DNA of 64,000 nt from Alphaproteobacteria bacterium (lineage in GTDB: Bacteria; Pseudomonadota; Alphaproteobacteria; 16-39-46), in contig JAGYKM010000004.1 in NCBI GenBank assembly GCA_018401675.1, positions 34,491 through 98,490 on the forward strand. Direction: 5' to 3'. The notes beneath the pieces were generated by a model. The model was given only the letters and a program-made list of their open reading frames with translations. It did not search any database and was not told where the DNA came from. Numbering within the stretch: position 1 is the first letter of the stretch; the number at the start of each line of letters is the position of its first letter. Of this stretch, positions 28,265 through 37,913 are shown in pieces. Position numbers and translations under genes: made by a program.

Positions 28265-30422
28265 CGGGGTATCTTGGCGGATTCTCATAGAAGATCTAGC
28301 CCGCATCTATCAAGATCTCACGTCTCATAAAAATCCTGTTTTACCCCTTGAAACCGTTTCTTATGGCCAATGGGGCCATATCCTCCAAGAATATGCGTCC
28401 TCAGACATAGCACAAAGGCAAATTCCTTACTGGAAGGCAGTTGAAGAATTGATTCAACCGTTGCCCACAGATTTTGAAAATGGAGATAATGCCAATTGCA
28501 ACCAAGGGCAGATCTCTATTTCTCTCTCCTCCAAACAAACCAGCTCCCTTCTAAAGAAAGTGCCTCAAGCTTACCACACTCAGATCAACGACATTCTTCT
28601 CACCGCCCTTACTTTAGGGGTAGGAGATTGGACTAAAGTTTATAATCTTTCCATAACCCTCGAAGGCCATGGGCGCGAAGAAATCCTACAAGATATGGAT
28701 TTAACACGCACCCTAGGATGGTTTACCACCATTTTTCCTGTCAATCTCTCTCTAAAAGATCCGAATAATCTTCCTCAAGCCATTCGAACCATAAAAGAAA
28801 TTTTACATGGCATACCACAAAAGGGAATCGCCTACAGTGCCCTTACTACTCTCCATAAGACACAATGCTCTTTAACCTCCCCCATTCCCTCTCTTAGTTT
28901 TAATTACTTAGGTCAATGGAATAAAATATCTCTCGCTGATGCCCCATTCAGCTTATCAAAAGTGCTTCCCTCCCACTGCGTTTCTCCCCTGAATATTTGG
29001 CCTCATGTTTTGAGTATTGACGCCGAAATCCGGAAAAACAACCTCACCTTCACATGGAGCTATAGTGAAAATCATTACACTGAAGAAACAGTGCGTGGAA
29101 TTGCGGAAAATTGTGTCTCTAGGCTTGAGCAAATAATCGATCATTGCTGCACCTTAACATCATCTTCCCATTCCCCTTCCGATTTCCCTCTTGTGAAATT
29201 TACTCAAGACCAAATAGATCAGTATTTCATCAATCTCCCTTTTCTAGACACAGCCTATCCACTTACCCCTATGCAGTTAGGGTTTCTTTTTCATAGCCTC
29301 TATGCCCCAAATTCTGATGCCTACATGGTTCAATCTATATGGAATTTAGAAGGAGTGTTGGATCCAAACTTACTTGAAACAGCCTGGCAACTCATAACGG
29401 ATCAGCATGATATTTTGAGAACAGGGTTTTTATGGAAAGAATTGGAAACCCCCGTTCAATATGTATTAACGTCTTTAAAAATCCCCTTTGTCTTTTTGAA
29501 TTGGATGTCTTTTCCTCCAACTGCTCTAAAAAAACAAATGGAGACTTTTTTCAAAGAAGATCGTCAAAAAGGGTTTGAATTAAACCAAGCCCCACTTTTT
29601 AGAGTAACCTTAATTCAAACAGGCTCTCTCTCTTACACTCTCATTTGGACCCGACATCATATAATTATTGATGGCTGGAGTGCAGCGACACTTTTGGAAG
29701 AACTGATGTGTTTTTATGACTGCTTGATAAGGAAAAAAAGAATCTATCTCCCCTCGCGCCCTCCTTATAGAGACTATATACACTGGATTAACCAACAAAA
29801 CTTCGACGACGAAGCTTCTTTTTGGAAGAAAAATTTAAGTGGAGTTACTGATCCTAGCCGCTTCAGCTTTAAATCAATTGTTCGAAAAAATCTCAGAAAA
29901 GAATATGATGTTTATTGCTTAAAAATGTCCAAAAAACATTCAGCCCATATAAGAACATGGGCAAAAAATAACAATCTGTCGCTCAATACACTGCTCCAAG
30001 GCATGGTAGCTCTTCTTATTAAATTTCTATATCAAAATAATTTTATCATGGGCATGACATTCTCAGGTCGAACGATTGACCTGAGTGACGTTTCGGAAAT
30101 GGTTGGCTTATTTATCAATACTCTACCCCTACGCATAACTTTTGAACCCAAGAAAAGTTTTTCTTCTTTCTTAAAGAAGTTACAACGCCAAATTCAAGAG
30201 TTAAATGCCCATGCCTATGTACCATTAGCAGATATTCAAACCTGGTCTGGCCTTGGATCTCATCTGTTTGACGTTCTATTTGTTTACGAAAAGTACATGA
30301 AAAATGTAAACGACCTTACTTATCCTAATGGCATTAAAAATACGCTCTATAGGCGCATAGAAAAAACAGAATATCCTCTCACCATTGTTGTCAGACGAGG
30401 GGGAAATCGTCTTCAATTTTAA
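28173..30422 (+). CDS. NRPS fragment 2: remainder of the epimerisation domain (HHLVIDGVSWRIL) and a downstream condensation domain (RHHIIIDGWS), overlapping fragments 1 and 3 in different frames
   Basis: E2-type HHxxxDGVSW at about 28247-28276. Second C-domain start YPLTPMQLGF and HHIIIDGWS at about 29652-29681. Confidence 0.8.
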   Translation: MQKALYCQSLLLIWDLKSLRLLIIIHHLVIDGVSWRILIEDLARIYQDLTSHKNPVLPLETVSYGQWGHILQEYASSDIAQRQIPYWKAVEELIQPLPTDFENGDNANCNQGQISISLSSKQTSSLLKKVPQAYHTQINDILLTALTLGVGDWTKVYNLSITLEGHGREEILQDMDLTRTLGWFTTIFPVNLSLKDPNNLPQAIRTIKEILHGIPQKGIAYSALTTLHKTQCSLTSPIPSLSFNYLGQWNKISLADAPFSLSKVLPSHCVSPLNIWPHVLSIDAEIRKNNLTFTWSYSENHYTEETVRGIAENCVSRLEQIIDHCCTLTSSSHSPSDFPLVKFTQDQIDQYFINLPFLDTAYPLTPMQLGFLFHSLYAPNSDAYMVQSIWNLEGVLDPNLLETAWQLITDQHDILRTGFLWKELETPVQYVLTSLKIPFVFLNWMSFPPTALKKQMETFFKEDRQKGFELNQAPLFRVTLIQTGSLSYTLIWTRHHIIIDGWSAATLLEELMCFYDCLIRKKRIYLPSRPPYRDYIHWINQQNFDDEASFWKKNLSGVTDPSRFSFKSIVRKNLRKEYDVYCLKMSKKHSAHIRTWAKNNNLSLNTLLQGMVALLIKFLYQNNFIMGMTFSGRTIDLSDVSEMVGLFINTLPLRITFEPKKSFSSFLKKLQRQIQELNAHAYVPLADIQTWSGLGSHLFDVLFVYEKYMKNVNDLTYPNGIKNTLYRRIEKTEYPLTIVVRRGGNRLQF

Positions 30423-32346
30423 CTATCAAACAGAACATTTTGATAAAAATAATAAAGGCTCTTACGAGTCACTTAGATCATCTTTTCAAAATCTTGTTCC
30501 CACCAACTTAGATTCTTCTTTTCCTTTTATGAGTGAAGGATTTCCTTCCCACTTATCTCGGAAAAAAGTTCCTGAGATGAAAGATAAGATGATTTTCCCT
30601 AACCAGGTCGTGGAAAGCCCAGACCCAGAAAATCTATGCACCACCTTTGAAAATACGGTTACAAAATATGGCTCTACTATAGCCCTGATTCATAAGAAAT
30701 ATACTCTCACCTATTCCGAATTGAATAAAAAAGCAAACCAACTTGCCCACCACCTCCGACAATCCGGCGTTTCTTCTAAGACCTTTGTAGGAGTGCTTAC
30801 CAAAGATCCTGTATACGCAGTCATAGGCCTTCTCGGAATACTAAAATCGGGAGGTATCTATGTGCCTTTGGACCCAAACCATCCAATAAAAAGACTCATG
30901 GGTCTTCTTGCGGATATGAAGTGGCCCATTCTTTTGAGTGACGCTTCTTTAAAAAATACTTTTTCTCAGTACAGAGGCGACCTATTTATATTGGATAAAG
31001 AGTGGTCTTCTTTTAATCAACAGGGAAGTACAAACCCTCCCTCTCTTTCTAAGAAAACCCACTTAGCTTATCTAATATTCACTTCAGGATCTACAGGGAC
31101 ACCCAAAGGTGTTCTATGTGAATTTGGTAGCCTAGAGAATCTCTTGGCATCCCTAAATGCCTCTATCTCTATAGAACCGGGAGAATATTTTTTACAAAAT
31201 GTGTCTTTTTCCTTCGATCCGTCTTTATGGACTACCCTATGGCCTTTACTCCAAGGGGCGACCTTGATTCTTTTGAACTCCAGAGAAATGGCTGATCCAA
31301 AGAGGATCTCTGATATCATACAGAAATATGCCATCAAAACGCTTCATGCAGGCCCCTCCCTCACGAGGAGCATATTAGCTCAAAAAGATATTCTTACTAA
31401 AATAAGATCTCTAGAACACCTAATCGGAGGCGGTGAACCATGGTCAGTGGAAGACCTCAAACAACTCGTAGGTCTACTCCCGCGCTGTACTTTTACGAAC
31501 GTATATGGCCCCACAGAAACAACAATCCATGTTACCCAATGGACCTACTCATCTATCCACAAAAGGGTTTCTTTGAAAACAATACCCATTGGAAAACCCA
31601 TTATCAATGTACAAGCTTACATTCTCGACGACGATCTAACTCTTTTGCCTCCTTTTGCTCCAGGCGAACTTTATATAGGCGGAATGGCACTGGCGCGAGG
31701 CTATTTGAATGATCCCTCCTTAACAGCCAAAAAATTCATTCCAAATCCATTTTGCACGCCTTCTCTCTTTAATCAAAAAAATTCTCTTAGGTTATACAAG
31801 ACAGGAGATTTGGCCCGTTTTTTATCTGACGGGACAGTAGAATTTTTAGGCAGGGTCGATAACCAAATCAAAATTAGAGGTTTCAGAATTGAGCCTGGTG
31901 AAATTGTGGCTCAGCTCAATAGAGGCACACATGTCTCCACCAGCGCAGTTTTTCTCTCCTGTGAAAACAACGGAGATAAGGCCCTTTTTGCATTCATTGT
32001 GCCTACCCCACATAGAGCTTGTTCTTATGATTTAGGACCGACGTTTTATGCATCCTCAGGAGAAAAAATTTCTCTATTTAAAGGACCATCCCTCATGGAT
32101 GACATTGAGACCTTAAAACAAATGCTATCCGACGAGCTCCCTGATTATTTTATCCCTTCGACTTTTATTTTCCTCAATAAAATCCCTCTTCATCTCAAAG
32201 GAAAACTTGACCCCCTTTCGTTTCCAAAAGAATTCATTTCTGAGCAAAAAGTCAAACCACTATCTCCCACCCAACCAATTATCTTCAGTATCTTATTCTG
32301 GAAAATTGGAAGAGGGTCCTTGGACCCAGAATATTTCTGTAGATGA
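30385..32346 (+). CDS. NRPS fragment 3: end of the C domain plus adenylation domain 2
   Basis: LIFTSGSTGTPKGV, NVYGPTETT, GELYIGGMALARGY, YKTGDLARF, GRVDNQIKIRGFRIE, KGKLD. The frame ends at 32346, just before the T-domain motif. Confidence 0.85.
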   Translation: MLSDEGEIVFNFNYQTEHFDKNNKGSYESLRSSFQNLVPTNLDSSFPFMSEGFPSHLSRKKVPEMKDKMIFPNQVVESPDPENLCTTFENTVTKYGSTIALIHKKYTLTYSELNKKANQLAHHLRQSGVSSKTFVGVLTKDPVYAVIGLLGILKSGGIYVPLDPNHPIKRLMGLLADMKWPILLSDASLKNTFSQYRGDLFILDKEWSSFNQQGSTNPPSLSKKTHLAYLIFTSGSTGTPKGVLCEFGSLENLLASLNASISIEPGEYFLQNVSFSFDPSLWTTLWPLLQGATLILLNSREMADPKRISDIIQKYAIKTLHAGPSLTRSILAQKDILTKIRSLEHLIGGGEPWSVEDLKQLVGLLPRCTFTNVYGPTETTIHVTQWTYSSIHKRVSLKTIPIGKPIINVQAYILDDDLTLLPPFAPGELYIGGMALARGYLNDPSLTAKKFIPNPFCTPSLFNQKNSLRLYKTGDLARFLSDGTVEFLGRVDNQIKIRGFRIEPGEIVAQLNRGTHVSTSAVFLSCENNGDKALFAFIVPTPHRACSYDLGPTFYASSGEKISLFKGPSLMDDIETLKQMLSDELPDYFIPSTFIFLNKIPLHLKGKLDPLSFPKEFISEQKVKPLSPTQPIIFSILFWKIGRGSLDPEYFCR

Positions 32347-33198
32347 TAATTTTTCAACCTTGGTGGGAACTCCTTAACAGCTATGCGCCTTATTTCTCAA
32401 CTCGAGAACCAACTTCATAAAGATTCTATGTTACGGATGTGTTTACCCATCCCACTATTTTTTCTTTTGCTCGACATATAGAGAGTCTGGCGGTGTCTAT
32501 AGGCCCTCAACCCATCTTTCCTATCCAAAGGATGGTCTCAGGTCCTTCTGTTCTTGCTTCATCCCCTGGGTGGCCTTTCTTTTGTTATCTAAGTCTTTTA
32601 AAGTTTATTACTCAAGGCCCCCTCTATGGTTTTAATAACCCAAGATTTGGGAAACAGAACCCTACCTATCCTAGCATTTCTGAAATGGCTCAAGCCTATG
32701 TAAAAGAGATCTCTGGGTTTGCACCATCTACATTTAGTCTGGGTGGATGGTCCTTTGGTGGATTTCTTGCCTTTGGAATGGCTGTCTTCTTCTAGCAAAA
32801 TGAAGTAGCATAGATCATCTTATTCTATTGACTCTCTCATTGAAGACGTCACCACCAAAGTGGCGTCTCCATCTGATTTTGAGGATACCTTATTCCTGAA
32901 GCACAAATTTCTAAAGGACCAACGTATTAACTTAGAGTCCAGAAGGGAAGCTGTCCTAGATCAATTACAATCCAATGAAAAGCTCGCTCAAAATTTTAGG
33001 CCCACCCAAATTTTCCAAGGAACGGTTCATCTTATTCCTGGATTAGCTTCTGTAAAAGCCTCATGGGAGCCCTATGTAGATGGGAAAATCCTTTTCTATC
33101 CTGTTCCCAGCAGTCATCGGGAAATTTTTGATCCCACAGAAGTTTGTCATGTCGCCCACCATCTTAATACGATCCTTTCTTCCACTTCTAACAAGTAG
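32340..33198 (+). pseudogene. NRPS fragments 4-5: thiolation domain 2 and a thioesterase domain, spread over at least three frames
   Basis: DDNFFNLGGNSLTAMRLISQLE (32344-32409) is in a frame not called in the track. 32439..32795 contains ...HPTIFSFARHIE and the TE GWSFGG. 32860..33198 holds the TE C-terminus (YPVPSSHREIFDP, catalytic His region). Confidence 0.7.
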
Positions 33199-33207
33199 GT
33201 TTCAAAA

Positions 33208-35091
33208 ATGCACTGTCAACGTAATGCCTTCATCTTTATGTTTTTGCTCATTTTCTCTGTTTTATCTCTAGGGGCCTTTGCAGGAGAGAATAAGGACCTT
33301 GAAGAGTGGGCTGCGGCGGCCACTAACTCCCTTCGCAAGAAACCATTGGTTCTTATGGGCCCTAGTTCATGTGGTAAAACTACCTCCTTACGTCTTCTGT
33401 CCCAGCGTCTTCCTGATTTATCTCATTTGGAACATGTAGTTTTTTTCAATAAGGTAGTTAACTCTTTTTTAAGAAAGTATGATAGTCAAACGGTAAGCAC
33501 ATTAAGGACTTCTTTTGGAAATAGTTTTTTCCATATTTTGTTCAGTGCCGCGCTGGGAAGCAGTCACGTCCATCAAGCAAACCTACCCCAAGAACTTCAA
33601 GAGATTCTCCAAACCATCCAACTAGATCTCCGAGCGCAAAAAGACAAATTTAACAGAGACAAACTTGTTGTAATGGAGCAAGAAGCATCTAAAAACCACG
33701 ATTTACGTCTTCCTGTTTCTCTTGGCATTCGCACTTCAACTGTTCATCTAAGAGCCTTTGAAAATTTAAATCCCCATAGAATTATGCTCACTTGCCCGAT
33801 TCAGACTCTAGTCACTAGATTTTTGGCGCGCAATGAGGCTGGCGTTAGGGAAAACAACTTTGCTCATTATCGGCCTCCGGAAGAGTTTGTAAATCGTCTT
33901 TCAGAGGTTTTTATTTTTTCCAATACGCCCCTGCAAGGACGTCAGCCTCTCGAACTGGTTCCTGAAGCTAGCTTATGCAATTTAGTACAAGCGGTTTATG
34001 GCTCGGCACTTCACGAGAGTAATGCATTCAATCCTCAAGATCCACTATGCCAACTGGATGCCCTTAGTTCAGGAACCATTTATGTTTACAATAAGCATGA
34101 ATATGATCATCTGATTGACGTACAAGAAAAGAGCCCAGAGACAGTCGTTCAAGAAATTCTTCACTACTTAGCTTACCAAGAACATCTTAGAGTGTCTTTG
34201 CGTACCCAGTATAGAGATTTTGAACTCTCCCACATGTGCGCCCAAAATACCCCCTTGCTTCTTCTGACAGGAGTGAGCTCAAGCGGTAAATCTACATTGT
34301 GCCGAGGGATGCAACAAAGTAATCCTTCTCTCATCGTTATTGAATTTGATAAAATTTTCTTCGGACACTGTTTTAGTTTTCTTAAGGAGGCCTATCCTGC
34401 TGCTTATGAAATGAGTAGATTAAAATTGGGGGATGCTCTTTTATATTATATGTTCTCTCCACTCGATCCAACGCATCCGTTTGGTAGAAAATTCATACCT
34501 GAGCCACAGTTCTCTAGTGAACTGACTTCCTTGGAAAGCAATCTCACAGATTTAAAAACCTCCTTCCATAAAAATTTTGAAACTATCTATTCTACGTCTT
34601 GGAGGGAAGCCATCAAGACAAGTTATGTTTACAATAGTTCAGGGGTCCCAGTGGTTGTTGATTCCGCCGTTCGACCCTCTCTTTTAGAATTTTGGAAAAT
34701 GCATCGTCCTAGTGTACAAACAATTCTTGTTTATACCCCGCTTTCATCAGTAATTCGGCTTCTCCAAATTAGAAATAAATTTGCCTTAGCCCATCATCTC
34801 CCTCTTGCTTGGAGAGACCCCCTTCCTCTCGTGACCCAATTCTTCACTTATTATGAACTTAAGGATCGCGTCGGGTTTTGGGATGAACCTCTTGAATATA
34901 TTGATAAACAAGGTTTACTAAACCAACTGGAAAATGTGGCTCCCTTCATGAATAACACTCAATTCAATGACTTAGAATTGCTTTTAAAAAGAATTGGAAA
35001 GAAGCGCTCTTGGGTGACTTATAGTTCGAGAGCTTACGACCACGTTCTTTTCTTATCTCCTTTTGAACGTGCCTTGGAATATGTATTATAG
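33208..35091 (+). CDS. Secreted protein with two tandem P-loop kinase-like domains (CPT/AAA_33-like)
   Basis: Signal peptide (MHCQRNAFIFMFLLIFSVLSLGAFA). Walker A LMGPSSCGKTT and a second LTGVSSSGKSTL followed by IVIEFDK, reminiscent of chloramphenicol-phosphotransferase-like kinases. Confidence 0.55.
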   Translation: MHCQRNAFIFMFLLIFSVLSLGAFAGENKDLEEWAAAATNSLRKKPLVLMGPSSCGKTTSLRLLSQRLPDLSHLEHVVFFNKVVNSFLRKYDSQTVSTLRTSFGNSFFHILFSAALGSSHVHQANLPQELQEILQTIQLDLRAQKDKFNRDKLVVMEQEASKNHDLRLPVSLGIRTSTVHLRAFENLNPHRIMLTCPIQTLVTRFLARNEAGVRENNFAHYRPPEEFVNRLSEVFIFSNTPLQGRQPLELVPEASLCNLVQAVYGSALHESNAFNPQDPLCQLDALSSGTIYVYNKHEYDHLIDVQEKSPETVVQEILHYLAYQEHLRVSLRTQYRDFELSHMCAQNTPLLLLTGVSSSGKSTLCRGMQQSNPSLIVIEFDKIFFGHCFSFLKEAYPAAYEMSRLKLGDALLYYMFSPLDPTHPFGRKFIPEPQFSSELTSLESNLTDLKTSFHKNFETIYSTSWREAIKTSYVYNSSGVPVVVDSAVRPSLLEFWKMHRPSVQTILVYTPLSSVIRLLQIRNKFALAHHLPLAWRDPLPLVTQFFTYYELKDRVGFWDEPLEYIDKQGLLNQLENVAPFMNNTQFNDLELLLKRIGKKRSWVTYSSRAYDHVLFLSPFERALEYVL

Positions 35092-35302
35092 GATCCAGAT
35101 CCATGGGCCACTAAAGAAAGTTCTCTTTATCCTTTCGCGTTTGAAACACGGGAAAGAGGACTAGAGACTCCATCGTCTCCCATTATAGGATCTCTCTTCA
35201 AGTTTGCCTTCGGAGATTGTTCTTTTATAGTTCACTACAATAATAACTCATTACCAAACTAAGAACCTGGGTTAGACTAGAGCGACCTATTTTCCCAAAA
35301 TT

Positions 35303-36586
35303 TCATTCTCCTTGAACTCTTTCGAAAAATTGGCACATTCTTTCGTAGTTGATAGCGTAAGTATGGAGTAGGTCTTCTGCCCACAACTTCTCTTTTCGGC
35401 TGATCCATTGGCTTCGTTCATTTTGCCATACAGTAATGGCCCCAAGGTCTCCTAATTTTATAGAATCAATGAGTTTGTTTCGAGCGGATTGTCGAAGATG
35501 TTTTGGCAGGATTTTCCTAAAACCATTTACCCCGAAAGCATAAAGAGTGCCTCCTCTGGGATCCCTTCCTTCCAAAGCCTCTTCACAACATGCAAGCACT
35601 TCGTGAACAGATTCTAGTAGATTACTTTCTGAGAGATCATCGCCCCTAAAGTGTTCACCTATGCATCTTCCAGAACGAATTGCATAGCAGGATAATCCTA
35701 ATCGTCTTTTTTCATCAAAAAGAGTCCTTTGGTGTTTTTCTTCGAGTTTAGGATCTCCCTCAGCTACAGAGTCCTCAAGACTTTTTTCATCGATATCCAC
35801 ATAGCGAGGATCCGCATCCCCTAAAAATTGGTTCAGTGTAGCTTTTTGACTTTTCAGCCGTCCATTCACTTTTTCCAACGACGCTACAAACCAAGCTTGG
35901 TTTCTCTCTGAGAGGCTTCTTTTATCCCCTCCTTGAGCGCTTAAGCTTTCCTCCCACACTGACCTAAAGGCTGCCAAAAAAATGAGAGAAGCTATAGGAT
36001 TCTTAAAACCTGAAGCGGCTATAAGTCCATAAAGCCCTCCTGTGCGCCTAAAGTAGTGATGATGCTCCATAAGGTTTCCGAGCTTTTCCACACATACCTT
36101 ATATTCTTCATCCCACGCCGCACCTGAAGCCTCTATGAGTGGTAATAAGATATTCTTTACCAGTTGCATATGCGGTTCATTCACAGCTGTTTCTAAAAAA
36201 AGAATCCCACATAAGTTCGTTTGGTATACTTTGGGACCTTCGACGCTCCATACCACTGCATTCTTCCGCTGGGTACGCTGGGTGAAATGTTCCCATTCTT
36301 CTTGCCATCTTTGAGAAGTGAGGTCTTTTTCTTTGAGCCGGGTATACAAAGCAAAAGCATCATAAGAGGAAGATTGTTCTACGGCTTGTTGGATTTCTTC
36401 CTGGACTGATACAAATTCACTTTTCAGACTCTTTGCCTCTCCTCTCTCTTCTTCGAGGCTCCCATCACCATAGGGCACAAGAGGGTCCATGGCCAAAGAA
36501 CTATGAACAATACCCGAAACCATAAGTCCACACACAACCTTACCGGCAAAAGAAAAAAAATGTTCGCCAAGCTTACTTTTTCTCAT
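35303..36586 (-). CDS. Hypothetical secreted protein (427 aa). A paralogous fragment lies about 300 nt upstream.
   Basis: Signal peptide. No recognisable domain. Its 3' end (35313-35372) is repeated at 36902-36961. Confidence 0.5.
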   Translation of the reverse strand: MRKSKLGEHFFSFAGKVVCGLMVSGIVHSSLAMDPLVPYGDGSLEEERGEAKSLKSEFVSVQEEIQQAVEQSSSYDAFALYTRLKEKDLTSQRWQEEWEHFTQRTQRKNAVVWSVEGPKVYQTNLCGILFLETAVNEPHMQLVKNILLPLIEASGAAWDEEYKVCVEKLGNLMEHHHYFRRTGGLYGLIAASGFKNPIASLIFLAAFRSVWEESLSAQGGDKRSLSERNQAWFVASLEKVNGRLKSQKATLNQFLGDADPRYVDIDEKSLEDSVAEGDPKLEEKHQRTLFDEKRRLGLSCYAIRSGRCIGEHFRGDDLSESNLLESVHEVLACCEEALEGRDPRGGTLYAFGVNGFRKILPKHLRQSARNKLIDSIKLGDLGAITVWQNERSQWISRKEKLWAEDLLHTYAINYERMCQFFERVQGE

Positions 36587-36889
36587 ACTTCTGCTCCATA
36601 CGTTTTCTAAATATAAAATACAGTTCTGAAGAAGACGTTCTCCAACCGTCTATTGTAACCGGCGTTCGACAAAAAACGACCTAACCCCATGAAAAACATT
36701 GGACTTTGGGGACGAGGGAATCATATTTTCATGTTTGTCTGTAGAAAAAAGGCGTCTATGAGGGCCCCTATATAAGAGATAATCTGCTCAATCGATGTTT
36801 TTTGCAAGCCGTTTGCACCAGAATGTCACTCATAAGGTGTAAAACACTCAACCCTAATATGAGCGCCAAATAGCTGCAGCTTCTGAAAG

Positions 36890-37250
36890 TCTTCATTCTT
36901 ATTGAACTCTTTCAAAATACTGACGCATTGTGCCATAGTTGATGGCATAAGTTTTTAGTAGCTTCTTTGCCTCATGCTTTTCTTGTGGAATACCTGTAGG
37001 AGTTCATTTCATATGAGACCGTTTGACCTCTAGAACAGATGTACGAATGTACTCCATAGGGGTCGGCCCTATGAGGGTGCGCGTTCATAGGATTTGAAAC
37101 AACGGTGCAGCGCGCACGGATTAGTGTGGCCGTGAACGTTATGCCCTTTAAAAATCTGTTTTCGCTTGGCGTGCAAAGATGAGGAATCCCTGGTTTTGAT
37201 GCCGTTTTTGCGCTTAGAAACTTTTCTTTTCGAACAAGCATCAAACAGAA
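36890..37250 (-). pseudogene. Degraded paralog fragment of the C-terminus of gene 35303..36586
   Basis: Minus-strand reading ...KKLLKTYAINYGTMRQYFERVQ* versus ...EDLLHTYAINYERMCQFFERVQGE* in the intact gene, with DNA identity over about 60 nt. The upstream part matches only in another frame. Confidence 0.45.
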
Positions 37251-37444
37251 ATTTTATAAAAGTTTTAGTGCACCTAATGATCTTGTATGATGAATTCTAG
37301 AGCTAAGAAGACGAACTTGCCTAGTTATCGAAGTATTTTTGTCTAGTCGAACTTATCCATAACTTGATTCAAGCTTGTCTTTTGAAACAGTTATAATACA
37401 ATTAGACCCAATGATAATAAATTAACAAATCAGAGAGTTTGTCC

Positions 37445-37576
37445 ATGAAAAAGATACTCATTTCGACAGGTGTTTTGGCCATAGCCTTTACTTTGGTCGC
37501 CCCCACCTCTTATGGGCAGGAGTGGTGGCAACATCGTTTAAAGCTCGTTTCCAACGTTCCCCAGAACAAAACATGA
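37445..37576 (+). CDS. Small signal-peptide ORF (43 aa), possibly the start of a frameshifted small secreted protein that continues in 37522..37719
   Basis: MKKILISTGVLAIAFTLVAPTSYGQ signal peptide. GAGAG lies upstream. Confidence 0.2.
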   Translation: MKKILISTGVLAIAFTLVAPTSYGQEWWQHRLKLVSNVPQNKT

Positions 37577-37913
37577 TGATTCAAAAAGCGGCCTCTAAAT
37601 TATCAGGTGTCGATAAAGAGACAAGAGGAAGATTATTAAAAAAGCGAGCCGGTATTTGCAAAATAGTTGTCCCTCTTTTTACACGCTGTCAATCAGAAAT
37701 GGTTCGGGTCATTCCGTAACTAGTTCCGCAGCAAAAAAAAACGAAAGCAAGAATACTGTTGTTGCTATCTTCCATTTAAAGAAATAATAACGGGAAACAT
37801 AGAGATCCGAATACCAAGAGCTCATTCCTAGAATTTCGTTCCACAGAGTCCGATTCTCTATCAAATACATAAAAAGTCGTACCTCTAGAGATGAAGATAG
37901 GCTTTTTTACCCT

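Noticed and set aside
36990-37250. GC-richer, structured-looking stretch considered as RNase P RNA, tmRNA or SRP RNA
   Set aside because: No conserved P4, tmRNA tag or SRP domain-IV motifs. The region is better explained as a frame-decayed paralog of the 3' end of gene 35303..36586 (shared peptide and DNA similarity).
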